From Pseudomonadota bacterium (GTDB taxonomy: Bacteria > Pseudomonadota > Alphaproteobacteria > Rhodobacterales > Rhodobacteraceae), in assembly GCA_039191215.1 (NCBI GenBank), contig JBCCXT010000015.1:43-64042 (forward strand): a DNA stretch of 64,000 bases. Direction: 5' to 3'. Below, one piece after another: positions 47,720 through 59,240 of the stretch. The position numbers and the translations under genes are program-made. The notes under the pieces are model-generated. The model did no database searches and was not told where the DNA came from. It worked only from the letters and a program-made list of their open reading frames with translations. Numbering within the stretch: the stretch's first letter is position 1; every line of letters begins with the position of its first letter.

Positions 47720-47805
47720 GTGCCAACTCCTGCTAGTCAGGTTCCGCGTCACCGATAGTCCGACGATGCAATTGACCGCAAGGGCCTGGCGTTCCTAAAT
47801 GTAGA

Positions 47806-48876
47806 ATGGACATGTCAGAACACGCCAACATCATCGACGAACTCAACGAGCGCTCGCGCGAAGTGTTCCGCCGTGTGGTCGAGGGCTATCTCAATACGGG
47901 TGAGCCGGTCGGCTCGCGCACACTGACCCGGAGCATGGCTGAAAAGGTCTCTGCGGCCACTGTACGAAACGTCATGCAAGACCTTGAGTTTCTGGGACTT
48001 CTCGACAGCCCACATGTCTCGGCAGGCCGTGTGCCGACGCAACTTGGTTTGCGCATGTTCGTCGACGGCCTACTTGAAATGCGCGATCTCACGGATGATG
48101 ATCGGGCCAAGATCGACGAGACGATGGGTTCAAATGCAACCGATTTGTCGTCTGCACTTGATCGGGTCGGTTCAGCGCTGTCCGGGTTGACCCAAGGCGC
48201 CTCGCTGGTTTTGGCCCCGAAACACGAAGCACCAATCAAGCACATCGAATTTGTCGCGCTGACCGATGACCAGGCGCTTGTGGTGCTAGTCTTTGCCGAT
48301 GGCCATGTTGAAAACCGCCTGTTTCACCCACCACCGGGGCAGACGCCATCTTCCCTGCGTGAAGCGGCCAATTTCCTCAATGCTTTAGCCCAAGGCAAGA
48401 CAATCAGCGATTTGCGCTGCACAATTGCGCGCGAGATCACCGAACGGCGCCGCGAGATCGACATCCTCGCTCAAGGATTGATCGAAAGCGGCATGGCGGT
48501 TTGGGAAAATGAAACCGCAAGCGTTGGCCGATTGATCGTGCGGGGCCGGTCTAACCTGCTCGATGATACGCCTGAGACGGACGATCTCGACCGTATCCGC
48601 ATGCTATTTGATGATTTGGAGCGTAAACGCGATATCGAAAGTTTTCTCGAACTGACCGAAGATGCCGATGGCGTGCGCATATTCATAGGCTCTGAAAACA
48701 AGTTATTTTCACTTTCGGGTTCCTCTCTGGTCGTCTCTCCTTATATGAACTCAGATCGGAAGATTCTTGGTGCGATCGGGGTCATTGGGCCGACTCGTCT
48801 CAACTATGGCCGGATCGTTCCGATTGTGGATTACACCGCGCAGATGGTCGGCAGATTGATGTCTGACCGGGGCTGA
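47806..48876 (+). CDS. hrcA: Heat-inducible transcription repressor
   Basis: GEPVGSR, SAATVRNVM, PHVSAGRVPT, GVIGPTRLNY. Confidence 0.96.
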   Translation: MDMSEHANIIDELNERSREVFRRVVEGYLNTGEPVGSRTLTRSMAEKVSAATVRNVMQDLEFLGLLDSPHVSAGRVPTQLGLRMFVDGLLEMRDLTDDDRAKIDETMGSNATDLSSALDRVGSALSGLTQGASLVLAPKHEAPIKHIEFVALTDDQALVVLVFADGHVENRLFHPPPGQTPSSLREAANFLNALAQGKTISDLRCTIAREITERRREIDILAQGLIESGMAVWENETASVGRLIVRGRSNLLDDTPETDDLDRIRMLFDDLERKRDIESFLELTEDADGVRIFIGSENKLFSLSGSSLVVSPYMNSDRKILGAIGVIGPTRLNYGRIVPIVDYTAQMVGRLMSDRG

Positions 48877-48902
48877 CGGGGCTAGAAGGACCAGAGGACC
48901 AA

Positions 48903-49466
48903 ATGGGCGAGCCGAAAGACGACGGGTTTTTGGACGACATTGAAGCGCTTGAAGCCGAAATAGAAGCGGCAGAGGCGGCTGAGCCAAGCATCGAGGAGGA
49001 AGAACTCGATGCGCTCCGGGCGGAACGCGATGAGTTGAAAGACAGGCTCCTTCGCGTTCTGGCGGAATCGGAAAATGTCCGAAAACGGGCTGAACGTGAC
49101 CGCCGCGAGGCTGAACAATATGGCGGCTCGAAACTCGTGCGCGATCTGCTGCCCGTCTACGACAACCTTCGCCGCGCGCTGGATGCGGCAGGTGAGGAGA
49201 GCCGTGCCGCGGCGGGCCCGGTCATCGAAGGGGTCGAGCTGACATTGCGCGAATTGATCAATGTCTTTGGAAAACATGGGGTTACACCCATCGCGCCAGA
49301 GGTTGGCGACAAATTTAACCCCACCAATCACCAGGCGATGTTTGAGGCCCCGCTTCCCGATACAAAAGCCGGTGACATTATCCAAGTCATGGCCGAAGGC
49401 TTTATGCTGCACGATAGGTTGCTGCGCCCGGCACAAGTTGGCGTGTCCTCGACCCCGGCGAGCTAA
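48903..49466 (+). CDS. grpE: Nucleotide exchange factor
   Basis: AESENVRKR, LLPVYDNL.RA, FNP..HQAM, RLLRPAQV.V. Confidence 0.96.
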   Translation: MGEPKDDGFLDDIEALEAEIEAAEAAEPSIEEEELDALRAERDELKDRLLRVLAESENVRKRAERDRREAEQYGGSKLVRDLLPVYDNLRRALDAAGEESRAAAGPVIEGVELTLRELINVFGKHGVTPIAPEVGDKFNPTNHQAMFEAPLPDTKAGDIIQVMAEGFMLHDRLLRPAQVGVSSTPAS

Positions 49467-52087
49467 TCCGGCAGCTCGGCACGCAATTCGTAGAGCATCT
49501 GAAGCGCCTCACGCGGGCTGAGCGTATCGGGGTCGATCCCGCGCAGCTTGTCTTCGAGATCTGAGGACTTGGCTGGTGGCGGCGCCGCGATTGTGGCGCT
49601 AAACAGCGGTAAATCATCGACAATCGCGCGCCGGTCCTGTTGGCCTTCGCGCTCGCCCCGTTCCAGCGCTTCGAGAACGGATTTGGCGCGTGTCACCACG
49701 CTTTGTGGCAATCCGGCAAGTTTCGCGACCTGCACGCCGTAGGACCCGTCTGCCGCGCCCGGCAGAACCTCGTGCAGGAAGACCACATCGCCTTCCCATT
49801 CCCGTACCGCGACGGTGGCGTTTGAGACCTCCTGCAGGCGGTGGCTTAATTGCGTGAGCTCATGATAATGGGTCGCGAACAGCGCACGGCAGCAATTCAC
49901 GCTGTGCAGATGCTCCAAGACCGCCCAGGCAATCGACAATCCGTCATAGGTCGCGGTGCCGCGTCCGATCTCGTCCAGGATGACCAAGGCCCGGCTGTCG
50001 GCCTGGTTCAGAATGGCGGCAGTCTCGACCATTTCAACCATGAAAGTCGATTGGCCGCGGGCCAGATCGTCAGAGGCGCCGACGCGGCTGAATACCTGGC
50101 TGACGAGCCCCATTTTTGCTGACGAAGAAGGCACGAAACTACCCATTTGTGCCAAAATTGCAATCAGTGCATTCTGTCTAAGCCAAGTTGATTTACCGGC
50201 CATATTTGGCCCAGTCAGAAGGGTGATGGCGGCGGCCTCTCCCTCGGCGGACAGGGCGCAATCATTGGCGATGAAGGGCTGTCCGGCCCGGCGCAGCGCC
50301 GCTTCGACGACGGGGTGACGACCGCCGGAAATTTCAAACCGGCGGCTTTCATCGATCTCGGGTCGTGTCCAGTTCAGCTCTTCGGCAAGCGTTGCAAGGC
50401 CTGCGGCCAGATCCAGTTCCGTCAAGGCTTTGGCGACCCCGCCAATGGCAGCGTGGGCATCAAGACAGGCTTGCGAGAGCTCGGCGAAGATTCGCGCCTC
50501 GATCTCTTGGGCCAGACCGCCCGCATTCAGGATGCGGGTCTCCAGCGCGCTCAGCTCGGTTGTGGTAAAGCGCACCGCATTGGCCGTTGTCTGGCGGTGA
50601 ATGAAGCGATCCGATAGCGGCGGCGCGAGCATCTTCTTGGCATGTGTCGCGGGTGTCTCAATAAAGTAGCCTAAAACGTTGTTATGTTTGATCTTTAGCG
50701 CCGCGATTCCGGCCTCATCACCATAACTTTGCTGCAGGCCCGCAACAACGCCGCGACCCTCATCGCGAAGCTGACGCGCGCCGTCGAGTTCTGCGTCATA
50801 CCCCTCGGCCACAAATCCGCCATCGCGCATCAACAAAGGCGGCTCGGCAACAAGTGCTGCACCCAACAGATCGCGCAGCGCATCATGGCCGGCAAGCGCG
50901 GCGCAAGCTTGCAAAAGCAGGCTTGGCAGATCCTTGGGGAGCTGGGCGTTGATCGCCCGGGCCGCCTCAAGCCCTGCCCGAATCGCAGTCAGGTCGCGCG
51001 GGCCGCCCCGGCCGATCGCCAACCGTGACAGCGCGCGGTCAAGATCAGGCACAGTTCGCAGCGCAGTTTGCAGATCGCGGCGTGCCTCGGCCTCCGCCAG
51101 CCAATGCGCCACGGCGTCGAGGCGTTCATTGATGGCCATGCGGCGCGTCAGCGGGCTTGCCAGTCGTTGCTCCAGCAGCCGCCCGCCTGCCGCCGTCATC
51201 GTGCGGTCGATTGTGGCCAAAAGGCTGCCCGCTCGGCCGCCCGACAAGGCCGCGGTCAACTCCAAGTTACGCCGGGTGGCAGCATCGATCTGCATAATCG
51301 CGCCCTGCTCGGTCCGCACTGGGATGGCCAGGCGCGGCAGATTGCCTTTCTGGGTGAGCTCGAGGTAGTCGACAACAGCACCCATGGCAGAAAGTTCCGC
51401 CCGCCCAAACGCGCCGAAACCTTCAAGCGTTTCAACACCATAAAGCGCTTTCAGACGAAGCTCCGCGCCCGCGCTGTCAAAGCTTGCACCGGCCATCGCG
51501 GTTACCGCATCCATCTCGCCCAGCACTTGGGGCGGATCGATGCCGTCGCGCACCAGCACCTCAGCTGGTTGCAGCCGCGCCAGCTCTGGGCCCAATCGCA
51601 CAGCCGCGCAGGGCATGACCGAAAACGCCCCTGTGGAAATATCGGCCCAAGCCAGCGCGCCATCGCCGCGGATCTCCGACCAGGCAGCAAGGTAGTTGTG
51701 CTGACGCGGCTCCAGCAAGGCGTCTTCGGTCAAGGTGCCGGGCGTTACCAGGCGCACAACCTCACGCCGGACGACCGCCTTTGAGCCGCGCTTTTTCGCC
51801 TCGGCTGGGTCCTCCATCTGCTCACAAATGGCAACGCGAAAGCCCTTGCGGATCAGCGTCAGCAAATAGCCTTCGGCGGCATGCGCGGGCACGCCGCACA
51901 TCGCGATATCCTGGCCCGCATGTTTGCCGCGTTTTGTCAGCGCGATATCCAGCGCCTCGGCCGCCGCGACCGCGTCTTCGAAAAACATCTCGTAGAAATC
52001 GCCCATCCGGTAGAACAACAGCGCATCTTTATGCCCGCCCTTGATCTCCAGATACTGCGCCATCATCGGCGTGGTTTCGGCCGCCAT
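49463..52087 (-). CDS. mutS: DNA mismatch repair protein
   Basis: TPMMAQY, GDFYEMF, TGPNMAGKST, STFMVEM, DEIGRGT. Confidence 0.97.
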   Translation of the reverse strand: MAAETTPMMAQYLEIKGGHKDALLFYRMGDFYEMFFEDAVAAAEALDIALTKRGKHAGQDIAMCGVPAHAAEGYLLTLIRKGFRVAICEQMEDPAEAKKRGSKAVVRREVVRLVTPGTLTEDALLEPRQHNYLAAWSEIRGDGALAWADISTGAFSVMPCAAVRLGPELARLQPAEVLVRDGIDPPQVLGEMDAVTAMAGASFDSAGAELRLKALYGVETLEGFGAFGRAELSAMGAVVDYLELTQKGNLPRLAIPVRTEQGAIMQIDAATRRNLELTAALSGGRAGSLLATIDRTMTAAGGRLLEQRLASPLTRRMAINERLDAVAHWLAEAEARRDLQTALRTVPDLDRALSRLAIGRGGPRDLTAIRAGLEAARAINAQLPKDLPSLLLQACAALAGHDALRDLLGAALVAEPPLLMRDGGFVAEGYDAELDGARQLRDEGRGVVAGLQQSYGDEAGIAALKIKHNNVLGYFIETPATHAKKMLAPPLSDRFIHRQTTANAVRFTTTELSALETRILNAGGLAQEIEARIFAELSQACLDAHAAIGGVAKALTELDLAAGLATLAEELNWTRPEIDESRRFEISGGRHPVVEAALRRAGQPFIANDCALSAEGEAAAITLLTGPNMAGKSTWLRQNALIAILAQMGSFVPSSSAKMGLVSQVFSRVGASDDLARGQSTFMVEMVETAAILNQADSRALVILDEIGRGTATYDGLSIAWAVLEHLHSVNCCRALFATHYHELTQLSHRLQEVSNATVAVREWEGDVVFLHEVLPGAADGSYGVQVAKLAGLPQSVVTRAKSVLEALERGEREGQQDRRAIVDDLPLFSATIAAPPPAKSSDLEDKLRGIDPDTLSPREALQMLYELRAELPD

Positions 52088-52178
52088 ATCCCCCCCGCGC
52101 TCGCGATCGGACGGAGACTAACCGTTGCTTCCCGGACCGAAAAGCCAATAGCTTGATCTTCCACGGGAGGGACGTTTC

Positions 52179-54446
52179 ATGCCATCGAACACCAAGATCA
52201 CGCGCGAAGAAGCGTTGGCCTATCATCTGGAGCCAAATCCCGGAAAGATCGACATCCAGGCCTCCACCCCGATGGCCACGCAGCGCGACCTGTCGCTGGC
52301 CTATAGCCCCGGTGTCGCTGTGCCCTGCGAAGCCATCGCCGCAGACCCCGCGACTGCGTATGACTACACCACCAAGGGCAATATGGTGGCTGTCATTTCG
52401 AACGGGACGGCTGTCTTGGGTCTTGGCAATCTCGGTGCGCTTGCCTCAAAGCCAGTGATGGAAGGTAAATCCGTCCTGTTCAAGCGCTTCGCCGATATCA
52501 ATTCGATTGATCTTGAGGTGGATACCGAAGACGCGGATGATTTTATCAACGCGGTCAAGCTTTTGGGTCCGTCTTTTGGCGGGATCAACCTCGAAGATAT
52601 CAAGGCGCCGGAGTGTTTCATCATCGAAAGCCGCCTTAAGGAAATGATGGATATCCCGGTTTTCCACGACGACCAGCACGGTACAGCCGTGATCTGCGCG
52701 GCGGGCCTGATCAACGCCCTGCATATTTCCGGCAAGAAGATCGAAGATTGCCAGATTGTGCTGAATGGGGCAGGTGCGGCCGGGATTGCCTGCATCGAGC
52801 TTTTGAAATCGATGGGCGCGCGGCACGAAAACTGCATAGTTTGTGACACAAAAGGCGTCATCTACCAGGGCCGGTCCGAGGGGATGAACCAGTGGAAATC
52901 CGGCCATGCGATCAAGACCGATCTGCGAGAATTGAGCGAGGCGATGGTCGGCGCAGATGTGTTTTTGGGGGTCAGTGTGAAAGGCGCCGTGACCGCCGAT
53001 ATGGTGCAGTCGATGGCCGACAATCCGGTCATCTTTGCGATGGCCAACCCAGATCCAGAGATCACACCCGAAGAGGCCAGATCGGTGCGCGGTGACGTGA
53101 TCGTCGCAACTGGCCGGTCGGACTATCCCAACCAGGTCAACAATGTACTGGGATTTCCCTATTTGTTTCGCGGTGCGCTTGATATTCATGCGCGTGCGAT
53201 CAATGACGAGATGAAGATCGCCTGTGCCGAGGCATTGGCCGAGCTCGCCCGCCGCGACGTACCCGATGAAGTCGCCATGGCCTATGGCCGCAAGCTGAGT
53301 TTCGGGCGCGATTACATCATTCCCACGCCGTTCGACCCGCGGCTGATCTACACAATCCCGCCTGCCGTGGCGCGCGCGGGCATGGATACCGGCGTTGCCC
53401 GCCGACCGATTGTCGATCTTGACGGATATGGCGAAAAGCTTCGCCAAAGGCTCGACCCGACGGCCTCGATCCTGCAGGGCATCAATAACCGGGCGCGCAA
53501 GGCCCAGGCCCGGATGATCTTTGCCGAGGGCGATGATGTTCGGGTGCTGCGTGCCGCGGTGGCCTATCAGCGCAACGGGTTGGGCAAAGCATTGGTCGTT
53601 GGGCGCGAGGCGGACGTGCAGGAACAGCTCGACAGCGTCGGGTTGAGCGACGCGTTCCGCGAATTGGAGATTGTGAATGCGGCGAACACCCAGCATCTGG
53701 AGACCTACAAGGCCTATTTGTATGAGCGGCTGCAACGCAAAGGGTTCGATCAACGCGACATTCACCGCATGGCCAGCCGTGACAGGCACGTCTTTGGCGC
53801 GCTGATGCTGGCCCATGGCCACGGTGACGGTCTTGTCACCGGTGCGACCCGGAAATCGGCGCAAGTGATGGAGCTGATCGGCCATGTATTTGATGCCAAA
53901 GCGGCCGATGGCGCGGTTGGCATCACGGTGCTGATCCAGAAGGGCCGCATCGTTTTGATCGGCGACACCTTGGTACATGAATGGCCCGATGAGGCGGATT
54001 TGGCTCTAATTTCCAAGCGTGGCGCTGAGGTTGCGCGCGCCTTGGGATTGGAGCCGCGCGTTGCCTTTGTCAGTTTCTCCACCTTCGGCTATCCAGTATC
54101 CGAGCGGGCCGAAAAGATGCTGCGTGCGCCGAAAGTCCTTGAAAGTGAGGGCGTCGATTTTGAGTTTGAGGGCGAGATGACAGTTGATGTGGCAATGAAC
54201 CCGGATGCGGCGGCGGCATACCCGTTTTCGCGCCTGTCCGGTCCGGCTAACATCTTGGTTGTCCCGGCGCGGCATTCGGCTTCGATCTCGGTCAAATTGA
54301 TGCAGGAAATGGCGGGCGCGACGGTGATCGGCCCGATCTTGACCGGGCTCGATCGTCCGGTTCAGATCGCCTCGACCGTGTCCACATCGGGCGATATTTT
54401 GAACATGGCCGTGATGGCCGCTTGCGAAGTTGGGGCGGCGCGATGA
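52179..54446 (+). CDS. maeB: NADP-dependent malic enzyme with C-terminal phosphotransacetylase-like domain
   Basis: LAYSPGVA, NLEDIKAP, FHDDQHGT, GAGAAG, ATGRSDYPNQVNN. Confidence 0.94.
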   Translation: MPSNTKITREEALAYHLEPNPGKIDIQASTPMATQRDLSLAYSPGVAVPCEAIAADPATAYDYTTKGNMVAVISNGTAVLGLGNLGALASKPVMEGKSVLFKRFADINSIDLEVDTEDADDFINAVKLLGPSFGGINLEDIKAPECFIIESRLKEMMDIPVFHDDQHGTAVICAAGLINALHISGKKIEDCQIVLNGAGAAGIACIELLKSMGARHENCIVCDTKGVIYQGRSEGMNQWKSGHAIKTDLRELSEAMVGADVFLGVSVKGAVTADMVQSMADNPVIFAMANPDPEITPEEARSVRGDVIVATGRSDYPNQVNNVLGFPYLFRGALDIHARAINDEMKIACAEALAELARRDVPDEVAMAYGRKLSFGRDYIIPTPFDPRLIYTIPPAVARAGMDTGVARRPIVDLDGYGEKLRQRLDPTASILQGINNRARKAQARMIFAEGDDVRVLRAAVAYQRNGLGKALVVGREADVQEQLDSVGLSDAFRELEIVNAANTQHLETYKAYLYERLQRKGFDQRDIHRMASRDRHVFGALMLAHGHGDGLVTGATRKSAQVMELIGHVFDAKAADGAVGITVLIQKGRIVLIGDTLVHEWPDEADLALISKRGAEVARALGLEPRVAFVSFSTFGYPVSERAEKMLRAPKVLESEGVDFEFEGEMTVDVAMNPDAAAAYPFSRLSGPANILVVPARHSASISVKLMQEMAGATVIGPILTGLDRPVQIASTVSTSGDILNMAVMAACEVGAAR

Positions 54447-55303
54447 TCCTGAATGTCGGATCGATCAATATCGATTTGGTCTATCGCGTCCCGCACTTGG
54501 TTCGTCCCGGCGAAACGCTGGCCGCAGAAAAGTTCACGCGCAATCTCGGCGGCAAGGGGGCAAACCAATCCATTGCCGCCGCAAAGGCGGGCGCTTCGGT
54601 CATGCATTGCGGCGCGGTTGGCTATGACGGGCATGATTATGTGAAAGAGCTGGCCGATGCGGGTGTGTCCACCGATACGATCGAAATCTTGAGCGAGCCG
54701 ACCGGTCATGCCGTTGTTGCCGTCGATGCAGAAGGTGAAAACTCGATTATGCTCTTTGCCGGGGCAAATCACGCCATCGCGGACAGGCTGCTGGACGATG
54801 CCTTTGCCGATATTGGGCCAGATGACTGGGTCATGCTGCAAAATGAGGTGCAGGTGAACGTGGAGGCTGCCGTGCGCGCCCGCGGAAAGGGCGCAAGTGT
54901 CGTCTATTCCGCCGCGCCATTCGATCCCGATGCTGTGATGGATATCCTACCGTTCATCACACATCTGCTCCTGAACGAGATCGAAAACGCCGCGCTGGAC
55001 CATTTGAGCGTGCCGGTGCCCGACACGATCATCCGGGTTGTGACCCAGGGTGCTGCTGGTGCAACATGGCTGGCCCAAAGCCAGAACATGCATGTCGCGG
55101 CATTTGATGTGCCTGACGTTCTTGACACAACCGGCGCGGGCGATTGCTTTGCGGGAAATTTGGTTGCCGCTCTGGAACGCGGCATGTCGCCAATTGACGC
55201 GGTTTACTTTGCGCAAGCGGCGGCGGCGATCCAAATCACCCGAAACGGTGCGGCCCCTGCCATGCCAAGCCGCGCTGAGATTGAGGCATTCTTGGCGACT
55301 TAA
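54443..55303 (+). CDS. rbsK: PfkB-family carbohydrate kinase (ribokinase)
   Basis: [26 protein letters not shown]. Confidence 0.88.
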   Translation: MILNVGSINIDLVYRVPHLVRPGETLAAEKFTRNLGGKGANQSIAAAKAGASVMHCGAVGYDGHDYVKELADAGVSTDTIEILSEPTGHAVVAVDAEGENSIMLFAGANHAIADRLLDDAFADIGPDDWVMLQNEVQVNVEAAVRARGKGASVVYSAAPFDPDAVMDILPFITHLLLNEIENAALDHLSVPVPDTIIRVVTQGAAGATWLAQSQNMHVAAFDVPDVLDTTGAGDCFAGNLVAALERGMSPIDAVYFAQAAAAIQITRNGAAPAMPSRAEIEAFLAT

Positions 55304-56445
55304 TGCTTCATCCCATCCCAGAAATTCTTCACCCGATCGAAAAACCCGCTTTCATTGGGGGTGTTGGACTGGGCGCAGCTATCCTCAAATTCGCGCAAAA
55401 GGTCTTTTTGATGGGCGTTGAGGTTCACCGGAGTCTCAACGGCAAGTTCGATATACATATCACCCTGGCCGCTGCCGCGAAGCGCCGGCATGCCTTTTGC
55501 GCGCAGACGCAGTTGCTTGCCCGATTGGGACCCTTCCGGCACGCGCACCAGCGACCGGCCACCGTCAATCGTGGGCACCTCGATCTCACCGCCAAGGGCC
55601 GCAGCGGTCATCGACACCGGAACACGGCAAAACAGGTCGATCCCCTCGCGTTTGAAGAGCGGGTGTTCATCGACTTCGATGAAAATGTAGAGGTCACCTG
55701 ACGGGCCGCTGCGAAGTCCTGCCTCTCCCTCCCCCGACAGACGGATCCGGGTGCCGGTTTCCACGCCCGCGGGGATGTTGACGTTCAGCGCCTTTTCTTT
55801 GTTCTCGCGCCCCGCACCACCGCAGACCTTGCACGGGTTCTTGACGATCTGGCCCATGCCGGAGCAGGTCGGGCATGTCCGTTCGACCGTGAAAAAGCCC
55901 TGCTGGGCGCGAACCTTTCCCATGCCGGAGCAGGTTGGGCAATTGACCGGCTCTGCGCCGCCTTCGGCACCCGTGCCCGAACAATTGACACAGGTCACGG
56001 AGGTTGGGACGCGGATCGACTTGGTTAGACCCGAATACGCTTCTTCGAGACTGATCTGCAAGTTGTAGCGCAGGTCCGAGCCGCGCGCCGCCCGCGTCCG
56101 TCCGCCCTGGCGCTGGCCGCCCATGAAGTCGCCGAACAGATCTTCGAACACATCCGAAAACGCCGATGCAAAATCACCCTGACCCGGTCCGCCCGCACGC
56201 GCACCGCCGGCCATGCCGCCGTCGAACGCGGCATGGCCAAAGCGGTCATAAGCTGCCTTTTTGTCGGCATCCTTCAGAACGTCATAGGCCTCGTTGACCT
56301 CTTTGAACTGTGTCTCGGCATCGGGATTGTCAGAATTGCGGTCAGGATGAAGCTCCTTGGCTTTCTTGCGAAAGGCCTTCTTGATCGCGTCGGTATCTGC
56401 GCCTTTGGTTACGCCTAGAACGTCGTAATAGTCGCGCTTTGCCAT
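55300..56445 (-). CDS. dnaJ: Chaperone DnaJ
   Basis: J-domain HPD, G/F-rich region, four CxxCxGxG repeats. Confidence 0.97.
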   Translation of the reverse strand: MAKRDYYDVLGVTKGADTDAIKKAFRKKAKELHPDRNSDNPDAETQFKEVNEAYDVLKDADKKAAYDRFGHAAFDGGMAGGARAGGPGQGDFASAFSDVFEDLFGDFMGGQRQGGRTRAARGSDLRYNLQISLEEAYSGLTKSIRVPTSVTCVNCSGTGAEGGAEPVNCPTCSGMGKVRAQQGFFTVERTCPTCSGMGQIVKNPCKVCGGAGRENKEKALNVNIPAGVETGTRIRLSGEGEAGLRSGPSGDLYIFIEVDEHPLFKREGIDLFCRVPVSMTAAALGGEIEVPTIDGGRSLVRVPEGSQSGKQLRLRAKGMPALRGSGQGDMYIELAVETPVNLNAHQKDLLREFEDSCAQSNTPNESGFFDRVKNFWDGMKH

Positions 56446-56525
56446 CTTGTGTCCTTTCTGCCCCCTTTTAAATACCGGAACCGGCCAGGTCGCCCTAGCC
56501 GGTCCGAGGGATCAGATGTCGCGCG

Positions 56526-58448
56526 TCACGCCCGGTCTTGGCGGTCTTCGTCGAGGTCCTCAAAATCAGCGTCAACGATGTCGTCGTCCACGCCCGAAGG
56601 CTCATCGGCACCCTCTGGCGCTTCTTCACCTGCAGCCTCAGCCTGGGCTTTGTAGATCGCCTCGCCAAGCTTCATGGCGGCTTCGGTCACGTTTTGGATG
56701 CCGCCTTTGATCTTGCCGGCATCTTCGGTGGCCATCTGCTCTTCGAGATTGCCAATCGCCAGCTCGATCGCTTCGATTGTCGCTGGGTCGACCTTATCGC
56801 CATGCTCTTCCATTGATTTCTTGGTCGAATGGATCAGGCTTTCGGCCTGGTTTTTGGCCTCGACAAGATCTTTCTTGGCCTTGTCTGCCTCGGCATTCTC
56901 TTCGGCCTCCTGAACCATGCGCTCGATATCGTCATCGCTCAGCCCGCCGGAGGCTTGGATCGTGATCTTCTGTTCCTTGCCGGTGCCTTTGTCCTTGGCG
57001 CTGACCGACACAATGCCGTTGGCGTCGATATCAAAGGTGACCTCAATCTGCGGCAGGCCCATCGGCGCGGGCGCAATGCCTTCAAGGTTGAACTGACCCA
57101 GCAGCTTGTTGTCGGACGCCATCTCCCGCTCACCCTGGGCCACGCGGATCGTCACGGCCGATTGGTTGTCTTCGGCGGTTGAGAAAATCTGCGACTTACG
57201 CGTCGGGATGGTGGTATTGCGGTCGATCAAGCGGGTGAAGACGCCGCCCTTGGTCTCGATGCCGAGGCTCAGCGGGGTGACGTCGAGAAGGACCACATCC
57301 TTGACATCGCCTTGCAGCACACCGGCTTGAATGGCCGCGCCCATGGCAACAACTTCGTCCGGGTTCACGCCCTTATGGGGTTCCTTGCCGAAGAACTTGG
57401 TGACCTCTTCCATCACCTTGGGCATCCGGGTCATGCCGCCGACCAGGACAACCTCGTCGATCTCGCCCTTTGACAGACCCGCATCCTTCAGGGCGGCCTG
57501 ACACGGTTTCAGCGATTTGGCGATCAGATCGGAAACCAGGCTTTCCAGTTTCGCGCGTGTCAGCTTCATCACCATGTGAAGCGGCGCGCCATCGGAGCCC
57601 ATGGAGATGAACGGTTGGTTGATCTCGGTCTGGCTGGAACTCGACAGCTCGATCTTGGCTTTCTCAGCCGCTTCCTTCAGCCGCTGAAGCGCCATCTTGT
57701 CTTTGGTCAGATCGACGCCGTGTTCCTTTTTGAACTCATCAGCCAGATAGGTGACGATCCGCATGTCGAAATCTTCACCACCCAGGAACGTGTCGCCATT
57801 GGTGGATTTGACCTCAAAAAGCCCGTCGTCGATTTCCAGGATGGAGATATCGAAGGTGCCACCGCCAAGGTCATAGACCGCGATGGTCTTGGACTGGCCT
57901 TCTTTGTCCAAACCATAGGCCAGAGCCGCCGCCGTCGGTTCATTGATGATCCGCAAGACCTCAAGGCCGGAGATTTTGCCGGCGTCTTTGGTCGCCTGGC
58001 GCTGTGCGTCGTTGAAATAGGCAGGCACCGTGATCACCGCCTGGGTCACGTCCTCACCCAAATAAGCTTCCGCGGTCTCTTTCATCTTGGTAAGGATCTG
58101 CGCCGAGATCTGCGCCGGCGAATACTTCTCGCCCTTCACCTCAACCCAAGCATCGCCGTTGCCGCCATTCACGATGGCATAGGGGACAAGCTTTTTGTCT
58201 TTCTCGACCTCAGCATCATCGTAGCGGCGGCCAATCAGACGCTTGACCGCAAAGACGGTGTTGTCGGGGTTGGTGACGGCTTGCCGCTTGGCCGGTTGTC
58301 CGACCAGACGTTCATCATCGGTATACGCGACGATGGACGGGGTGGTCCGTGCGCCTTCGGAGTTTTCGATCACCCGCGGCTGGCTGCCATCCATGATGGC
58401 GACGCAGGAATTGGTTGTGCCAAGGTCGATGCCAATGACTTTAGCCAT
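56526..58448 (-). CDS. dnaK: Chaperone DnaK (Hsp70)
   Basis: [35 protein letters not shown]. Confidence 0.98.
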   Translation of the reverse strand: MAKVIGIDLGTTNSCVAIMDGSQPRVIENSEGARTTPSIVAYTDDERLVGQPAKRQAVTNPDNTVFAVKRLIGRRYDDAEVEKDKKLVPYAIVNGGNGDAWVEVKGEKYSPAQISAQILTKMKETAEAYLGEDVTQAVITVPAYFNDAQRQATKDAGKISGLEVLRIINEPTAAALAYGLDKEGQSKTIAVYDLGGGTFDISILEIDDGLFEVKSTNGDTFLGGEDFDMRIVTYLADEFKKEHGVDLTKDKMALQRLKEAAEKAKIELSSSSQTEINQPFISMGSDGAPLHMVMKLTRAKLESLVSDLIAKSLKPCQAALKDAGLSKGEIDEVVLVGGMTRMPKVMEEVTKFFGKEPHKGVNPDEVVAMGAAIQAGVLQGDVKDVVLLDVTPLSLGIETKGGVFTRLIDRNTTIPTRKSQIFSTAEDNQSAVTIRVAQGEREMASDNKLLGQFNLEGIAPAPMGLPQIEVTFDIDANGIVSVSAKDKGTGKEQKITIQASGGLSDDDIERMVQEAEENAEADKAKKDLVEAKNQAESLIHSTKKSMEEHGDKVDPATIEAIELAIGNLEEQMATEDAGKIKGGIQNVTEAAMKLGEAIYKAQAEAAGEEAPEGADEPSGVDDDIVDADFEDLDEDRQDRA

Positions 58449-58565
58449 GGTTTCCTAGTTCCTTCTCATCAGCGAACTGGGGCGCGCCGGTCCTGTTCGG
58501 CCCCGGCACAGGCCCTCGATTGTGACTGGTCAGAGCAGGAGGCTGCGCCTGACATGTTCGGGGGG

Positions 58566-58595
58566 TATATCAGGAGGGGGCGGTGACCCTGCAAG
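58566..58595 (-). promoter_or_regulatory. Candidate RpoH promoter of dnaK
   Basis: Minus strand CTTG-N18-CTGATATA upstream of dnaK. Confidence 0.55.
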
Positions 58596-58628
58596 CGCCG
58601 GGATGGCATTGTATAGAAAGGCGGATCG

Positions 58629-59240
58629 ATGAAGTTGGAATCTGGTCTGGAGATCCGCGGCGCGCGCATCTATCCCGGCTGGCTTGATCCGGCCGCGCAG
58701 GCTGAGATGGCCGCGCAGATTGCGGCAGCCCTGGACCAAGCACCGTTGGTTCAACCGGTGACGCCGCGTGGCCAGAAGATGAGCGTTCGGATGAGTGCCG
58801 CCGGCGCGTTTGGCTGGATCACTGATCGGGCGGGGTATCGGTACGAGCCGCACCATCCGAGCGGTGTCGCCTGGCCGCCAATCCCGGCCACGGTTTTGGC
58901 TGTATGGCAGGCGCTTTGCCCGGATGCCCGGCCGCCGGAATGCTGTTTGATCAATCACTATGAGACCGGCGCCCGCATGGGTCTGCATCAAGACCGCGAT
59001 GAGGCGGATTTTACTCAGCCGGTCCTGTCGATCTCGCTTGGCGATGACGCGTTGTTTCGGATCGGCAATGAGACGCGCGGCGGCAAGACCGAAAGCGTCT
59101 GGCTGCGATCGGGCGATGTGGTGGTCATGGGTAACGACGCAAGGTTGCTATACCACGGTGTGGATCGGATCCGCACGGGCACAAGCCGCGTCTGGCCCGA
59201 AGGTGGGCGCATCAACCTGACCTTGCGCGTTGTAAGCTAA
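58629..59240 (+). CDS. alkB: AlkB-family Fe(II)/2OG dioxygenase
   Basis: GW.TD..GYRY, N.Y, HQD (HxD), YHGV, RINLTLR. Confidence 0.92.
   Translation: MKLESGLEIRGARIYPGWLDPAAQAEMAAQIAAALDQAPLVQPVTPRGQKMSVRMSAAGAFGWITDRAGYRYEPHHPSGVAWPPIPATVLAVWQALCPDARPPECCLINHYETGARMGLHQDRDEADFTQPVLSISLGDDALFRIGNETRGGKTESVWLRSGDVVVMGNDARLLYHGVDRIRTGTSRVWPEGGRINLTLRVVS

Noticed and set aside
52446-53978. 510-aa ORF antisense to maeB, and the 336-aa ORF antisense to dnaK (57576-58586)
   Set aside because: Typical antisense open frames produced by codon bias in conserved genes.
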